Source of the DNA: Chiloscyllium plagiosum
Taxonomy: Eukaryota
Direction: 5' to 3'
Assembly (NCBI RefSeq): GCF_004010195.1
Contig: NC_057711.1
Coordinates: forward strand, 73,779,399 to 73,843,398
DNA: 64,000 nt
Shown here: in pieces, positions 12,711 to 25,413 of the stretch
Position numbering within the stretch: the first letter of the stretch is position 1
Layout of the letters: every line of letters begins with the position of its first letter
The notes under the pieces: model-generated
The model's database searches: none
Told to the model about the DNA's origin: nothing
The model's input: the letters and a program-made list of their open reading frames with translations, nothing else
Made by a program: the position numbers and the translations under genes

Positions 12711-13538
12711 CCTCTGACTCTGTGACTGTAATTCTGTAATATTGTTTGTAAAAATGTAAACAGACATGGCTTAATGAGCTGAATGACATTTACGTTATTT
12801 TACCTTCTTGTATGTTTGTGTGCTCTAATAGAATTGTAGAGCCATAGACACAGAAAGAAACCATTTAGCCTATCAGGTCTGTGCATTACAAAAAAAATGA
12901 AATTTTAAAAACTTCTTAAAAACTAGACACCCATTCTAATTTTACTTTGTCCCGAGCCTTGTAGTTTGTAACCCTTGCTGATCAGAAATTGATCCAGGTA
13001 CTTTTTCAAATAAGTGTTGACTGCACCACTGAACTGGAATTTCAGACATCTCTCTCCCTCTTGCAAAAACTCTTTTCCCTCATTAGTCGCTCGACCTTAC
13101 ACCAATCATGTTAAAAGTGTGTTGATCACAGACTTGTCACTTGGGGAAATTGGTCTATCCTGTCTACTGGATCTGCACCCCCTCATAATTTCGCACACCT
13201 CAATTGTGTGAACCCTCTGTTTTAAGGAAAACAACCTTAACCTATCCAATATCCCTCTTAGCTGAAATTTTTATGCCCTGGCATTCATGATTCTCATTAT
13301 GTTAAGGAAACCATCAGAACAGATGGTAATAGACTCAATAATTGTAGTAGCATTGTTAGTTTTTATGTATAAGATGGAATATGTAAGCATAAAGCAATAG
13401 CTAAGATGAACAAACTTAACTAAAGCAGTGTCACAGTTCAGAATGTGGTCTCTGAAGAGCTTTCTTCTCATAGTTTAAAGTACTATGTTAACTCTTTAAT
13501 TAGTCTAAGCATTCCACATAACATCTTTTCTCTGATAC

Positions 13539-13723
13539 CTGTGGCCCGTGGGTGACTGCTACATGTAGGGGATTTCCAATAACACGCTTCTGTGCTAGCG
13601 AAATGCTCTTGCAGACAAATTCTTTGTAGACAGGTTCTTCCACAAATATTCTGGATCCTGCTAAACAGCACTGTCCTTGATGGAAGAAGAGGCCATTATG
13701 AGCTTGCTCTACAGCAAAGTCCA
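13539..13723 (-). CDS. ALDH1A1: ALDH1A exon 9 ([62 protein letters not shown])
   Basis: Acceptor ttgcag, donor gtatca, 185 nt; catalytic Cys codon at 13665-13667 in QGQCC.A.SR. Confidence 0.97.
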
Positions 13724-15705
13724 CTGCAAAATATGAGTTACATTGCATATTCATTCATATTTGAAAATGTGGGCATCATTTTGGAAAATTACAGTATTAT
13801 TTATGTGTGAGTTCAAATCTGACATTTGAGTAGAAGGTCAATTATTCTAATTATTGTTATTAGATTTCTCTAGAAACATATTGCATGTTCATAAAGGTCA
13901 AAAGAGGTACTACACATGTTGTATTGACTAGATACATGTATTAGGTATTGACAAGCACATTTTATGACCATTTATATTTGGAAGAAATATATATGAAGTT
14001 ATGTTATTAATAATTTGTATTCAATCACTGGATAATTGGTTGTGGAACTGATTACGTAAAAAGTTCACCTTAATGTGTTATTAATCATTTAACATTACTT
14101 TAGACATGCGTGGATATTTTGGCTTTCAGAGATAGCTGAGTAGTTTTCTATAGACGAGACCCACTCAACAGCATTTTTAAAATCAAATTTACCAGTTCTC
14201 AGTTGTTGCTCCACTTACATAGGATGGAAATGCTGGGGAGAATCAAATGTGTACGGTCACATAAATAACATGATTGACTCCCCATTATTTTCTTTGACAT
14301 GTTCTTAGAAATGTAAGTATTATTGCTGCAACAGAGTCCCTCAAGTCTGAACCTTCTCACTGCCAGACTTCTGAGAAGTATACGTTTCGCAGCAATAGCA
14401 GCAGCTTGGGAATCATCATACCCAAGGAAATCATATTGTTGGCAACTGGCTATGACTGGAAAGAGAGTAATTAATTAAATGGGCCACACATTTCGTCAAA
14501 TAGTTAACTTGGCAAAGTGTATCTTTTATTTTGGCAGTTTTATCACCAGCCTTTGCTGCCTTAAGTAATTTTAGTGAACCATTCTTTTGGTGTTGTACCA
14601 GTTTTTGGATTTATGAGATTTTGCCTCTGTTTTTACTCCACAAATAGGGTGCAATGACCACTTTCTAGTTAATGAATAATGGATTTAGGCCAGAGTTCAT
14701 CATTTATAAGCTGGACTTCTGAATTAACAGTTTTATTCACGTCAAGGAACTGAAGTGTGTTGCAACAACTATATCCATATTTGTAAATGTTGGAACTTAG
14801 AAACGTATTTATTTACAAACAGCTTTACGGTTAAAATAATGGACAAGACAATAGTTTTCTATACATTTTAAGCTTCTTTGTGAAATTCTCCGACAATAGA
14901 ATGAAACATGAAGTCATTTGATCAATACTCATTCTAGTCTGATTATAATTACCATCATAAGTAGTTATATTTTTCACCAGCAGATAGTACTCTCAGCATT
15001 GCATGATCATTGCTACCCATTTTACTTGTTCCTAGTAATTAGACAATGCATCTGGCATTGGAAACTAAATTTCAAACATATGTATGAAGAACCTACTGCT
15101 CCAAAGGAAAAGTTGTGAAATAGTTTATGTCAGCTTACAGTCAGAACTAGGCAATTACTGGGCCTGTACTTGCAAAACCAACTAGCTTATTCTGTATTAA
15201 CTATAATGGTAGACAATGAATATTGCCAACAAAAATGGTCTAACTACTTCTGTCTTGCCTTGAACTTTTCATAATCCAGGGTAAAGGGATTAATTTAATT
15301 GGTGCTCCTGCAACTTGTCTTAATATCCTTCCCTACACCACAAATATACCATGGCTGCAAAAAGAACTATTTAAAGCGTGCACTCCATCAAGTGTGCAAA
15401 ATGTTAATTTTGCCATTACTTCATGACCTCTGCCAGCAAGAAAGACAAAAACACCTAAGAAGTGGAACAATGATCAATGACAATTTTCACTTAAAGTCAA
15501 ACATCATTCTGTCATGAACATGTGTTGTTGATCTTTCCCCATTTCTGTGGCAATATCCACAGAAGATCCATAACCACCTTCTTTAGAAATTTGGGTCTGG
15601 CAAATCCATAAAACCTTGCCAAAAGCACACAAATGTCAGTGTCAAGAACAATTAAACATCTGATAAATATTAAATTTAAGTACAGAAATAACTTTTAATA
15701 CTAAC

Positions 15706-15808
15706 AGTCTGCATCAGCAAAAATAATGTTTGGATTCTTCCCTCCAAGTTCCAGTGTTACTCTCTTGAGATTACTCTTGCCTGCTGCTTCTTGTATTAGT
15801 TTACCAAC
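15706..15808 (-). CDS. ALDH1A1: ALDH1A exon 8 ([34 protein letters not shown])
   Basis: Acceptor actcag, donor gttagt, 103 nt; general-base Glu motif LELGGK. Confidence 0.97.
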
Positions 15809-16805
15809 CTGAGTGAAAAAATGAAAATGTGAATATAATATTTAATTCATTAAGCTTACATCTACAATGTGCTATAAGTAATTCACATAAGCATGAGAGC
15901 CATTCGAATTGTGCAATAAAATCCCTCCTGCTGGATCTCTATAAAAGCAACTCAGCCTGTTTTATTTCTTCACGTCTTCCCTTTCTCTTCAGATAGTTGT
16001 CTAATTCTCTTTTTGAAAGTGACCATTGAATTTTACCCCAGCACATTCCCACACTTTCCGAACCCTAACTATTCCTTTTCTTACTTAGAGGATGTAGGCA
16101 TCGCTGGTGAGGTCAGCTTTTATTGGGCTTTTATTGTCAGTATGCTGCCTTCTTGAACCACTTCGGTCCATGCTTGTCCTAATGTAACGGTTGCTTCTTT
16201 TGCAAATGACCTACTTTCAGTGACCTCTTGTACTTTATCCCTTTGCCAATGCGAAGTTTCCTCCTTTCTACCTTATCTACCTCATGATTTTGAATGCCCT
16301 TTAAATTCCTCTCAATCTTCTCTTATCTAAGGATGTACAGCTCTAACTTCTCCAATTAATGGAAATAATTGAAGGTCTTCATTCCTGGAATCATTCCTGC
16401 AAAGCTTTTCTGTATCTTTTCAAATCCCTTACTTCCTTTCTAAGTGTGGTGTCCATAACTAGATATACTACTTCCAAACTAGTTATTTATAGTTCTTATC
16501 ATAACTTTCTTGCTTCAAAACTCTATTACCCCAAATATATACCCAGAATCCCATATGATTTAACTTTATTCTCATCCACTTTTTCTGCCAGCATTAGTGA
16601 TTCATTCACAAATACTCACTCTTTGAATCTCTGATCCCACTTTGAATTGTATCCTTCATTTTGTATTCCCTATCTGTGTTTTTCCTCCCAAAATGTATCA
16701 CTTCACACTTCTCTACATTTAGTAAGACAGATGAGAAAACCTTAAGTTTAGGTCTGTCCCATGGCAATTTAGCCAGTATCTAAGAAACAGATTTAAAATA
16801 CTAGA

Positions 16806-17088
16806 GGCTCAATGGTTAGCACTGCTGCCTCACAGCACCAGGGACCCAGGTTTAATTTCAGCCTCGGGCGACTGTCTGTGCGGAGTTTGCACGTTCTCCC
16901 CGTGTCTGTGTGGGTTTCCTCCGGTTTTCTCCCACAGTCCAAAGATGTGCAGGTCAGGTGAATTGGCCATGCTAAATTTGTCCATAGTGTTACATGCATT
17001 AGTCAGAGGGAAATGGGTCTGGGTGGGTTACTCTTCAGAAAGGGTCGAAGTGCCTGTTTCCACACTGTAGGGAATCTAATCTAATCTA
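16806..17088 (+). mobile_element. tRNA-derived SINE (HE1/V-SINE-like)
   Basis: A-box-like ggctcaatgg, B-box-like ggtttaatttc, (ATCTA)n tail. Confidence 0.85.
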
Positions 17089-18539
17089 GGGAAGAAAATG
17101 GTCTGCTAACGAACATATTTTTGACTGCTATTGAGTGATATCTGCTATCACCACTGGCAATAATGGACTGAATAAAATGTTAACTGCAATGACCACACAC
17201 TTTATAATTAACTGCAGGGTGTTGTTCTCATGAAACCTACCAAAGTTTTATCAGGCACCTTCAAAGTCTCCAAGATGTTGAAGAACTGCCAGGGAAATAG
17301 TGCAACTTATAGGGCATTGCTGATGTATAAAGAGAATTTTACATTACACGGCCTGGCCCTTCAAATATTATACCTTTATCTTCCTCATTCAAACTAAAAT
17401 GTGTGCTGTTCCTTCAGTGATTTGGTTCCTGTACTATCCTTTCTGCATGAACCTGCAGATTCCTCCACCTCAATTTTTACATATAGGGGATGTCAATTTC
17501 GATATAGGCTCTTGGTGGGGAAAGAAGTGATTTCATATGTGGAAGAATTATCCTCCTCAATTTGATCATTTGCAGGGTCCCAGTTGGCAAAGGAATTGGC
17601 AAGGGAAAGCAATCACAGGTGTATGGTGGCAAATATAGCATCAGGTAGAGTGTGTGCGAGAGAGAATTAAAGAAGAAAAGGAAAGAGAGGCAAATCCCCA
17701 AACATCCCATTATGCATGGCCTCGTCATTTGCAATGTCACATGCCCTTTTCCTGCCTATAAAATCAATTGTGATCTCTTTCAGTGGTTTCAAGTTTTGGA
17801 ATGTAGCATGACCTTCTCTTGATCTTCAACTTTCCCTTTAGTTATGTGCCAATCTTTCCTGTGAAAGGAATTATAGTGAGTTAGTATATACACTTAGCCT
17901 AAATCACATGCTTAAAGGAAAAGGTGGTGTAAAGTGGAGAATCAGTTATAAGTGCAAAATAGAAGCTGGTGAAGTATAGTACTCCATTATGATCAAATGT
18001 AAGGCAATGGAAACAGTAAGGGAAGATTTGATATATTGTCATTAAAATAGAGGTATTGTAGGTCTCCAGACTGAATCCCAAAGATGTAAGGGGAAGTCTT
18101 AAGTTTTATTACTTCATGGGATGTAAGCTTCATTGGCATTTATTGTTTAGCCCAGTTGTTCTTGAGAAAGCTGTTTTGATGAGTCCATGAAATTTCTTCT
18201 TGCATTAGATTGTCAGCTGTCTGTCAGTTGGCAACACTTTCACTCCTAACTCACGATTCCAGGCTCAAGACACTCTGGGGCAGGGTTGAGGAAGCTCTGC
18301 ATTCCTGGAGGTGCTGCTTTCAGATGAAATGTTCGATTGGTATCTCCTTTCTCATACAAAAGATACCACACTGTGAGTTTGGGTGCAAGTCAGTCTGGTT
18401 GAGGAGAAGGCAAAATCAAGAGCTGTCTTCAGGTTTAAACTTCAAACTAACACTTTATTTGGCAGAAATACAAAATATATTGCACATGGTAACCCTATAG
18501 ATCCTCATATCTGATCTTATAATTATAGTATATCAAGTC

Positions 18540-18812
18540 CACACTAAGCCTGTGAAGAGCATCCCAACCAGACCCAACCCCCGCTACTCTATATCTTCCA
18601 TGGCTAATCCATTTAGCTTACACACCCTTGAACACTACCGGGCAATTTCCATGGCCAACCCACCTAACCTGCACACCTTTGGACTGTGGGAGGAAGCCAG
18701 AGCACCCAGATGAAATCCATGCAGACACAGGGAGAATGTGCAAAGTCACCTGAAGGTGGAATTGAACCCAGTCCCTGGCACTGTAAGACAGCAAAGCCAA
18801 ACAGTGAGCCAC
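18540..18812 (-). mobile_element. tRNA-derived SINE
   Basis: Reverse complement of the same SINE body, with B-box. Confidence 0.8.
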
Positions 18813-18814
18813 CA

Positions 18815-19570
18815 GGCCGCCCACTCATGAAGGCCCCTTCCCATGAAATTTTCCATTCACCACCTGACTACATATCATCCAAGTTCCCAAACGTACCTTC
18901 CAGGTGAAGCTGCATTTCTACTCCATTCACTGCTCACAATGAGATCTCTTTCACATTGGTCAGACTAAACGCAGACAAGGTGACTGCTTTGCAGAACACA
19001 TCTGTTCTGTCTATAGGATGACACAGACCTCCCAGTTACTTACCATTTTAATAAACCACCTTGCTCTCATGCTAATGTTTCTGTCCTGGACCTGCTGTAA
19101 TGTTCCAATAAAGCACAACGCAAGGAGGAACGACCATTCCATTTTCTGCTGAGGTATTTTGCAGCCTCAAGATCTTAATATTAAATTCAATTTTAACTTC
19201 CAAAGCTGATCGTGCTCTGTGTATTATCCACTTTTCTTACATTCTCTCCATCTCCTGTTCCACCACCTCCTCAACATTCTTGTCTTCATTGTGCCTTGTT
19301 TACTTTGTTCTTAGTACAAAGAATCTATCCCCTCCCTTTCACCCCTTTATTTACACTCATCTTACATCTCTTTTTCTCTTTTGCCACCATCAATAACTCC
19401 TTTGTCGTTGTACTGGGCCTCTGCCTCTGTCAAAGGTATGCACGAGAAAAGACATTCTTCAACCACTTTCAGTTCTGAAGAGTCACTGGATTCGAAACGT
19501 TAACTCGGTTTCTCTCCTCAAAAATGTTGCCAGCCGTATTGAGTTTTTCCAGCAATTTCTCTTTTGCTCC
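18815..19570 (+). mobile_element. Decayed Penelope-like element (GIY-YIG region and 3' terminus)
   Basis: Similar to 29480-29810 (cttccaggtga, cacattggtcagactaaacgcaga); ends ctgaagagtcactggattcgaaacgttaac. Confidence 0.65.
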
Positions 19571-21469
19571 CGAGCATCTCTGTGTTTGTCTCTCAGGATA
19601 AGTTCCATGTTGGGAGCAATTGTGAGGCACTTCTACTTCACACTTCCATCACTGGTTAGCCTTTAACATTTCAGAATTTGTGTAAACTGCTGAATTGCTC
19701 TGAAATCCGTGAACATCCAGTAAGACAGTGTCTAACCTGAGAGATGCAACACTTTGTACAGCTCCTGTCACCAAACCAATGTGCTATGAGGGAAAGTGGA
19801 CATGTGACCTACCCATTGTACATCTCCCAGCATTGAATGGTAGTGCAGTCCTTTGAAAAGCTAATAGCCAGAATGAACTGTTACTTATAGAAGCATGAGG
19901 AATCATCACTGATTCCATGCTGACACTCACAAGGTGAGGACTTAGACAGGGCAGGACCTACCACTCTCTGCACACTGCTTGTAGCCTCAGTATAATCTCT
20001 ATTAAAGTGCAACATTTTTGCTGCAGTCCAGATCTATGTTTGAGGCTACCTATAGTCAAGGAGTTTATTGCTTGTGAGAGATGAGCAATACTTGGCCATT
20101 AGAACGTGTTTCATCCCTGGGATGTCTGGTTTGGAGACAGCCTATTCTCTAGTTGGTCCTGTTGTCCTGGAAGACTTGGCTAGTGGTGCCCTGGTGGGTT
20201 TGGGCCGAGAGGGCCTAGGCCAGTTGAAAATGAATCCGATGCTGATTCACCCTCCTTGACTTGGACTTCTTCAGAATTTAGAAGGGATATTGATGGCCAA
20301 GAAAGGAAGCTTCCGGAAGACCTTTATTGCTCGTGCTTCCTGCTGCTACCATCCTGTCTCTCTGAGCGGAAGGGACAGCTGGATACTTAGCACCTTTGAC
20401 TGAAGTGATGGAGTGCAGGTCTGTGCACAAGCAAACGTCGAGTGTGCTGGACCTGGTTCTCTATGGCAGCAGCCAGATGCATGCATGCGAGAGCGAGAAG
20501 GGAATCAATAATTTTTGTGGACTCCTCCATCCTTTGCTCTACTTTAGTGACTGCCCCTGACAAATCTATCTGCTATTCCCATGCTTGTCTGTAAATTTTG
20601 GTCAAGTTGCTCCTAGCTATAACCATGGGCTCATCTTTTGTTTGGGAATAAGCAGATCTCTGGCAGTCCTCCAATTGTCAGTAATCTGTGGCATTCCTTC
20701 CACAACAGCTAAAGAGATATGTTGGTGATGTGCTCGCCAGATTGTGATCCTCAGTCTAATCAAGTTAGAGATACCTCTGAGGTGAAAGTCTCTGAGTTGG
20801 TGAATGGTACAGCCAAAAGCCTTGACAGTTCATCTTCTGTTGGTTCAGTGACTTTCTCTTCAGAAGTGGAGAAGGGCCTGCAACTCAAACCTCTCCTTGG
20901 ACAAGGTTCACTGGATGTTTCTGGGAATTAGTAGGGTAAGCTTGAGCAGGTTAAGAATGCATTAGCACTCCCATTAGTGGGTGAGCAGCAGAGTACAGCA
21001 CAAGAAAGCTCATTAGGAGATTGCAGATGGATGGTCTGTGTGTTCCTGTATGAGTGGTCAATCTCTCCTTTAGCCAAGTCAGCCACCTTATCCACATATA
21101 GGTGAGCAGTCTTCTATACACCAAGTCCCTTATCTTCAGCCTCTTGGCCCAATTGTGAGATACATTTTCCTGCGACAGGACAAAGAGAGAAATTGAATGT
21201 GCTGGAAGTGGATGGTGGATCCATCAATGGTCATGCAGGAGTAGGAACGATGGTGAGGTATTCCAAGTGAGGGAATGGAAAACATAGAGGACAGGAAGTG
21301 GTAGTTATTTAGGAGGCTGAAGTGTCTGAGAGTCATTGAGTGGACATGATGCATATACTAGTGAAAGTTGCAGCTCACGAGCCTTGGTGAGAGTTGTATG
21401 CAGTGGCAAAGTTAAAATGAGTAATGGCACTGACATGAGGTAGCAAATAAAAAATAGTGGCATTTAGCC

Positions 21470-23130
21470 TTGTGTTGCACAGAAGATAATTCCCTTTCTT
21501 CCTGCACTGTTAGGCGTTGCAATTAAACCGGGATTCAACATTAACTCCGGAATCTATCACAATCCAGTCTAGTCAAGTCTGGTGATGTGGCCTCTTTTTC
21601 CAGTCAGCAGAAAAGAGGGTGGTCTACCTCTCCACCACCAGCTCCACCAAATCACTGTTCACAATGGAGGGTAGTGAATGTTGTGCCCTTATTCAAGAAG
21701 GGGTGCAAAGAAAATCCTGAGAAATATAGACCACTAAGCTTAACATCTGCTGTTAGGTAAGTTACTTGAGAATATTCAGAGGGATAAGACATACATACAT
21801 TTGGAAAGACAGAGTTTGATTAGGAGTAGTCAGCATGCCTTTGCGCATGGAAGATCATGCCTCACAAATTTGTTAGAGTTCTTTTAAGAAGTGACCAGGA
21901 AGGTTGATGAGGGAAGGGCGGTAGATATAGTCTCTATGGATTTCAGTAAGGCCCTTGATAAGGTTCCACATGGTAGGCTGCTCTGGCAGGTTGGATTGCA
22001 TGGAACTTAGGGGGAGCTGGCAAATTGGATAAACAATTGGCTTGATGATAGGAAGCGGACAATAATAGTGGAAGGATGGTGTTGGACTGGAGACTTGCGA
22101 CTAGTGGTGTATCTCAGGGGTTTGTGCTTAGCCCACTGCTTTTTTAAATCTATATCAATGATTTGGATGAGAATGTACAAGACATGATTAGGAAGTTTAC
22201 AGATGACATTAAAATAGGTGGTGTTGTGGACAGTGAGGAAGGTAATCAGAAATTGCAGTAGGACCTTGATCAGCAGAAGAGTGCCAAGAAATGGCAAATG
22301 GAAGTTAATTTCGATAAGTGTGAGGTCTTGCATTTTGGAAAGTCAAATCAAAGTAGGAGTTTCCTGGTGAATGGTAGGGTTTTAAGGAGTGTAGTGGAAC
22401 AGAGGGACCTTGGAGTTCAGGTAAACGGTTTTCTGAAAGTGGAGTCACAGGTAGACAGGGCAGTGAAGAAGGATTTTGATACACTGGCCTTCATCAGTCA
22501 GGGCATTGGGTATAGAGGTTGGGAGGTTTTGTTGCAATCGTAGAGGACATTGGTGAGGCTGCACTTAGAGTATTGTGCTCAGTTTTTGTCACCTTCTGTA
22601 GGAAGAATGTTATTAAACTGGAAAGAGTGCCGAACAAATTTATAAAAATGTTGCCAGGACTCAACCGTCTAAGTTATAGGGGGCGGTTGGACAAGCTAGG
22701 AGACTGAGGGCAAATCTGTTAGAAGTCTATAAGATCATGAGAGGCATGGATAGGGTAAATGCACTCAATCTTTTTCCCAAAGTTAGGGATCAAGGACTAG
22801 ACAGCATCAGTTTAAGGTGAGAAGGGAAAGAATAAAAGGGAACCTGAGGAGCGTTTTACACAGAGGGTGGTACGCATATGGAATGAGCTGCCAGTGGAAG
22901 TGGTTGAGTTACGTATATCAACAATATTTGAAAGGCATTCGGACAAATGCATGGATAGGAAAGGTTTAGAAGGATATGGGCCAAGTGCAGGGAAATGGGG
23001 TTAGCGTGGATGGACGTTTTGGTCGGCATGGACTAATTCGGGCCACAGAGCCTATGTCCATGCTGAAGGACTCGTTAAGTCTATGACTCCATGACAATAT
23101 GGAGATCCACTTCCTTTTCTGGGCCAATTT
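21470..23130 (-). mobile_element. PIF/Harbinger-type Myb/SANT-like ORF relic split by a CR1 insertion
   Basis: 21660->21470 translates NSDLVELVVER*TTLFSADWKKRPHHQT*LDWIVIDSGVNVESRFNCNA*QCRKKGNYLL; the N-terminal part resumes at 23094-23130. Confidence 0.55.
21665..23093 (+). mobile_element. CR1 LINE RT and 3' end, 5'-truncated
   Basis: RT motifs (DFSKA, DKCEVLHFG) and ctatgactccatga tail; same subfamily as 10130-12710. Confidence 0.93.
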
Positions 23131-24094
23131 TGTTGGAATAATGTAGGAATACCACAGCTTGAGGATTATTTCCTAACTTACAGCATCCAAAATGGTGAGT
23201 AGCTGTGGTTTAACTATGGCACAAGTGGCCTCAGCATTGCAAACGTCATAGCAGCAGCAAACACTTCTTCATCTTCTTCTCCTGATTCCATGAGATTGGC
23301 ATTGAGGAGAGCAGTCATAATCAGTGAGAGGAAGAGTGAAGAATTACAACAGAAATGTTGATATGGGCCATGACAGTCCAGTCACCAAGAATCTCATGCA
23401 AAAACACTTTGCCAAAAAGTGGAAACATTCAATCCATTGTTTTCCCATAGGACCTTGAAAACACGATAAACATATCACCTATTTTCCTCCTATTAGAGGA
23501 ATGATTCCTGCTGCATTATGTGCACAGAGAGAATTGACCAATATGTATGGCATTGCAAGGGCAACAAAAACAGAGAGTGCACTGTTTAATATTAACTTGC
23601 ATGTTTCTGGTTCAATCCTTAATAGCCAAAATGGGAAAGAAGGGCGTGAGTCTCCAGTTATTTTGTGACAGGTGGATCAATTCTCTGATCATCCACTGAA
23701 TTTACAGGAGATTAAAGAACTTCACAGAATTTCAGCACCTTTGAGTTCTGCTCTTGAATAATGTTGATGGGGAATGTATTTGAATTTTTCCAGTCAGAAT
23801 ACAGCTTCTTAAACAATTAGCTGAGGTTCTTCATATTCGTTTGCCCAGATTTAAAGTTTAAATTGTGGAATGCTGTTTTAATTTACAGCAATTAATGAAA
23901 CATTTATCCCATGTTGAGTACATTGAAATGTATTAGCACAAACAATTTCCAACAACTGACCTCAAATATGGATAAATTTATCTTCAAATATATGTGTCAA
24001 AAGCAATAATTTCTAACATCATCTCAAAACAGCCCTCTCAATTAAGTTGAGGTCTACACAGTTTTGCAAAAGAATCATGTTTAGCTCAGAGTAC

Positions 24095-24208
24095 CTCAGT
24101 AGAACCAGTGAAGGCTACTTTATCTATGTCCATATGACTTGTTATTGTTGCTCCTGCAGTACATCCATATCCTGGTACAATATTCACCACTCCAGGAGGA
24201 AATCCTGC
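24095..24208 (-). CDS. ALDH1A1: ALDH1A exon 7 ([38 protein letters not shown])
   Basis: Acceptor ctttag, donor gtactc, 114 nt; Rossmann-fold FTGSTE motif. Confidence 0.97.
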
Positions 24209-24379
24209 CTAAAGCAAAAGATAATGAGTTAATATTCAACAAGCACAATGAGTTAAGGAGGAATTGTGGTCATTAGATGATAGGTTACTTTAAACAGTAA
24301 TTAAGAAAAGTTATCTTACTGCTGTAATCTAAGTGATTGGATGCTCAGATAAATTTATAATCATAAAATTGATGGTTGG

Positions 24380-24835
24380 AGGATTTGAGCTATAGGGAGA
24401 GGTGGAATAGGCTGGGCTATTTTCGTTGGAGCATCGGAGGCTGAGGGGTGACATTACAGACGTTTATAAGATCATAAGGGGCATGCATAGGGTGAAGGCC
24501 AAGGTCTTTTTCCCAGGACAGGCAAGTCCAAAACTAGAGGAGATAGATTTTAGGTGAGAGGGGAAAGATGTAACGGGAGCTCAGGGGCAACTGTTTCATG
24601 CAGACAATGGTGCGTGCATGGAATGAGCTGCTAGATGAAGTGGTGGAGACTGGTGCAATTACAACATTCAAAAGGCACCTGGATGGGTAGATGAATAGTA
24701 AAGACTTAAGGGATACTCTCCAACTGCTGGCAAATGGGACTAAATTAATTTAAGACATCTGGTCAGCATGGATAATTTGGACCAAAGGGTCTGTTTCCGT
24801 GATGTAGAACTCTATGACTTTATGTCTATGACTCT
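24380..24835 (+). mobile_element. CR1 3' end
   Basis: aggctgaggggtgac, ggaatgagctgc and ctctatga-type tail. Confidence 0.88.
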
Positions 24836-24963
24836 AAAAATGGAGAACAATTACAAACTTACTTAAATATAAAGGTGTAGTTATATGTAAGTGTAATACA
24901 TCAAAATATGTTACAAATTTGAACCAGAATGAATAGAACCTTGATGAGTCTGCAGAAAAATCA

Positions 24964-25413
24964 CTTTTCCCTTTAGGCACGATGAGGTGAGGCACTATTG
25001 CCCAGCACTGTTCTTTTGAGAGAACTGATAAATAAAAGACCTGCTATGATGTTCATCAGGCTTTAACTAGGGATACTCTGTCCTGGCTGATTGCCTAATA
25101 CAACGGGGGATAAAGGGGCCTTGGAAAAAGATTAGAAAAGTGCTGTAAGAATGAAACCCACCCTAAAACTCAAGAGACTTAAAATCCAATTGTGTTTATT
25201 TTGGAAAGGCTTAAAAACCAAGGCTATCTAACAGAGGCATTTAAATTTCAGAAGAGATAAGATTGTGTACATTACTTAAGTTAGATACAATCGGAGATCA
25301 TCATGTATAAAGTATCCATAGAGAGAGCTGTGCCAGATCTTTGTTGATCAGTTCTCTCAAAAAGAACAGTGCTGGGCAATAATGCCTGACCTCATCATGC
25401 ATAAAGGGAAAAG
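24964..25413. repeat. Inverted repeat pair of about 66-75 bp (24964-25038 and 25339-25413)
   Basis: cttttccctttaggcacgatgaggtgaggcactattgcccagcactgttcttttgagagaactgat matches the reverse complement of 25347-25413 with few mismatches. Confidence 0.9.

Noticed and set aside
13500..13754. ORF-track protein beginning [11 protein letters not shown] as a stand-alone gene
   Set aside because: Only 13539-13723 is exon 9; the flanks are intron sequence read through in frame.
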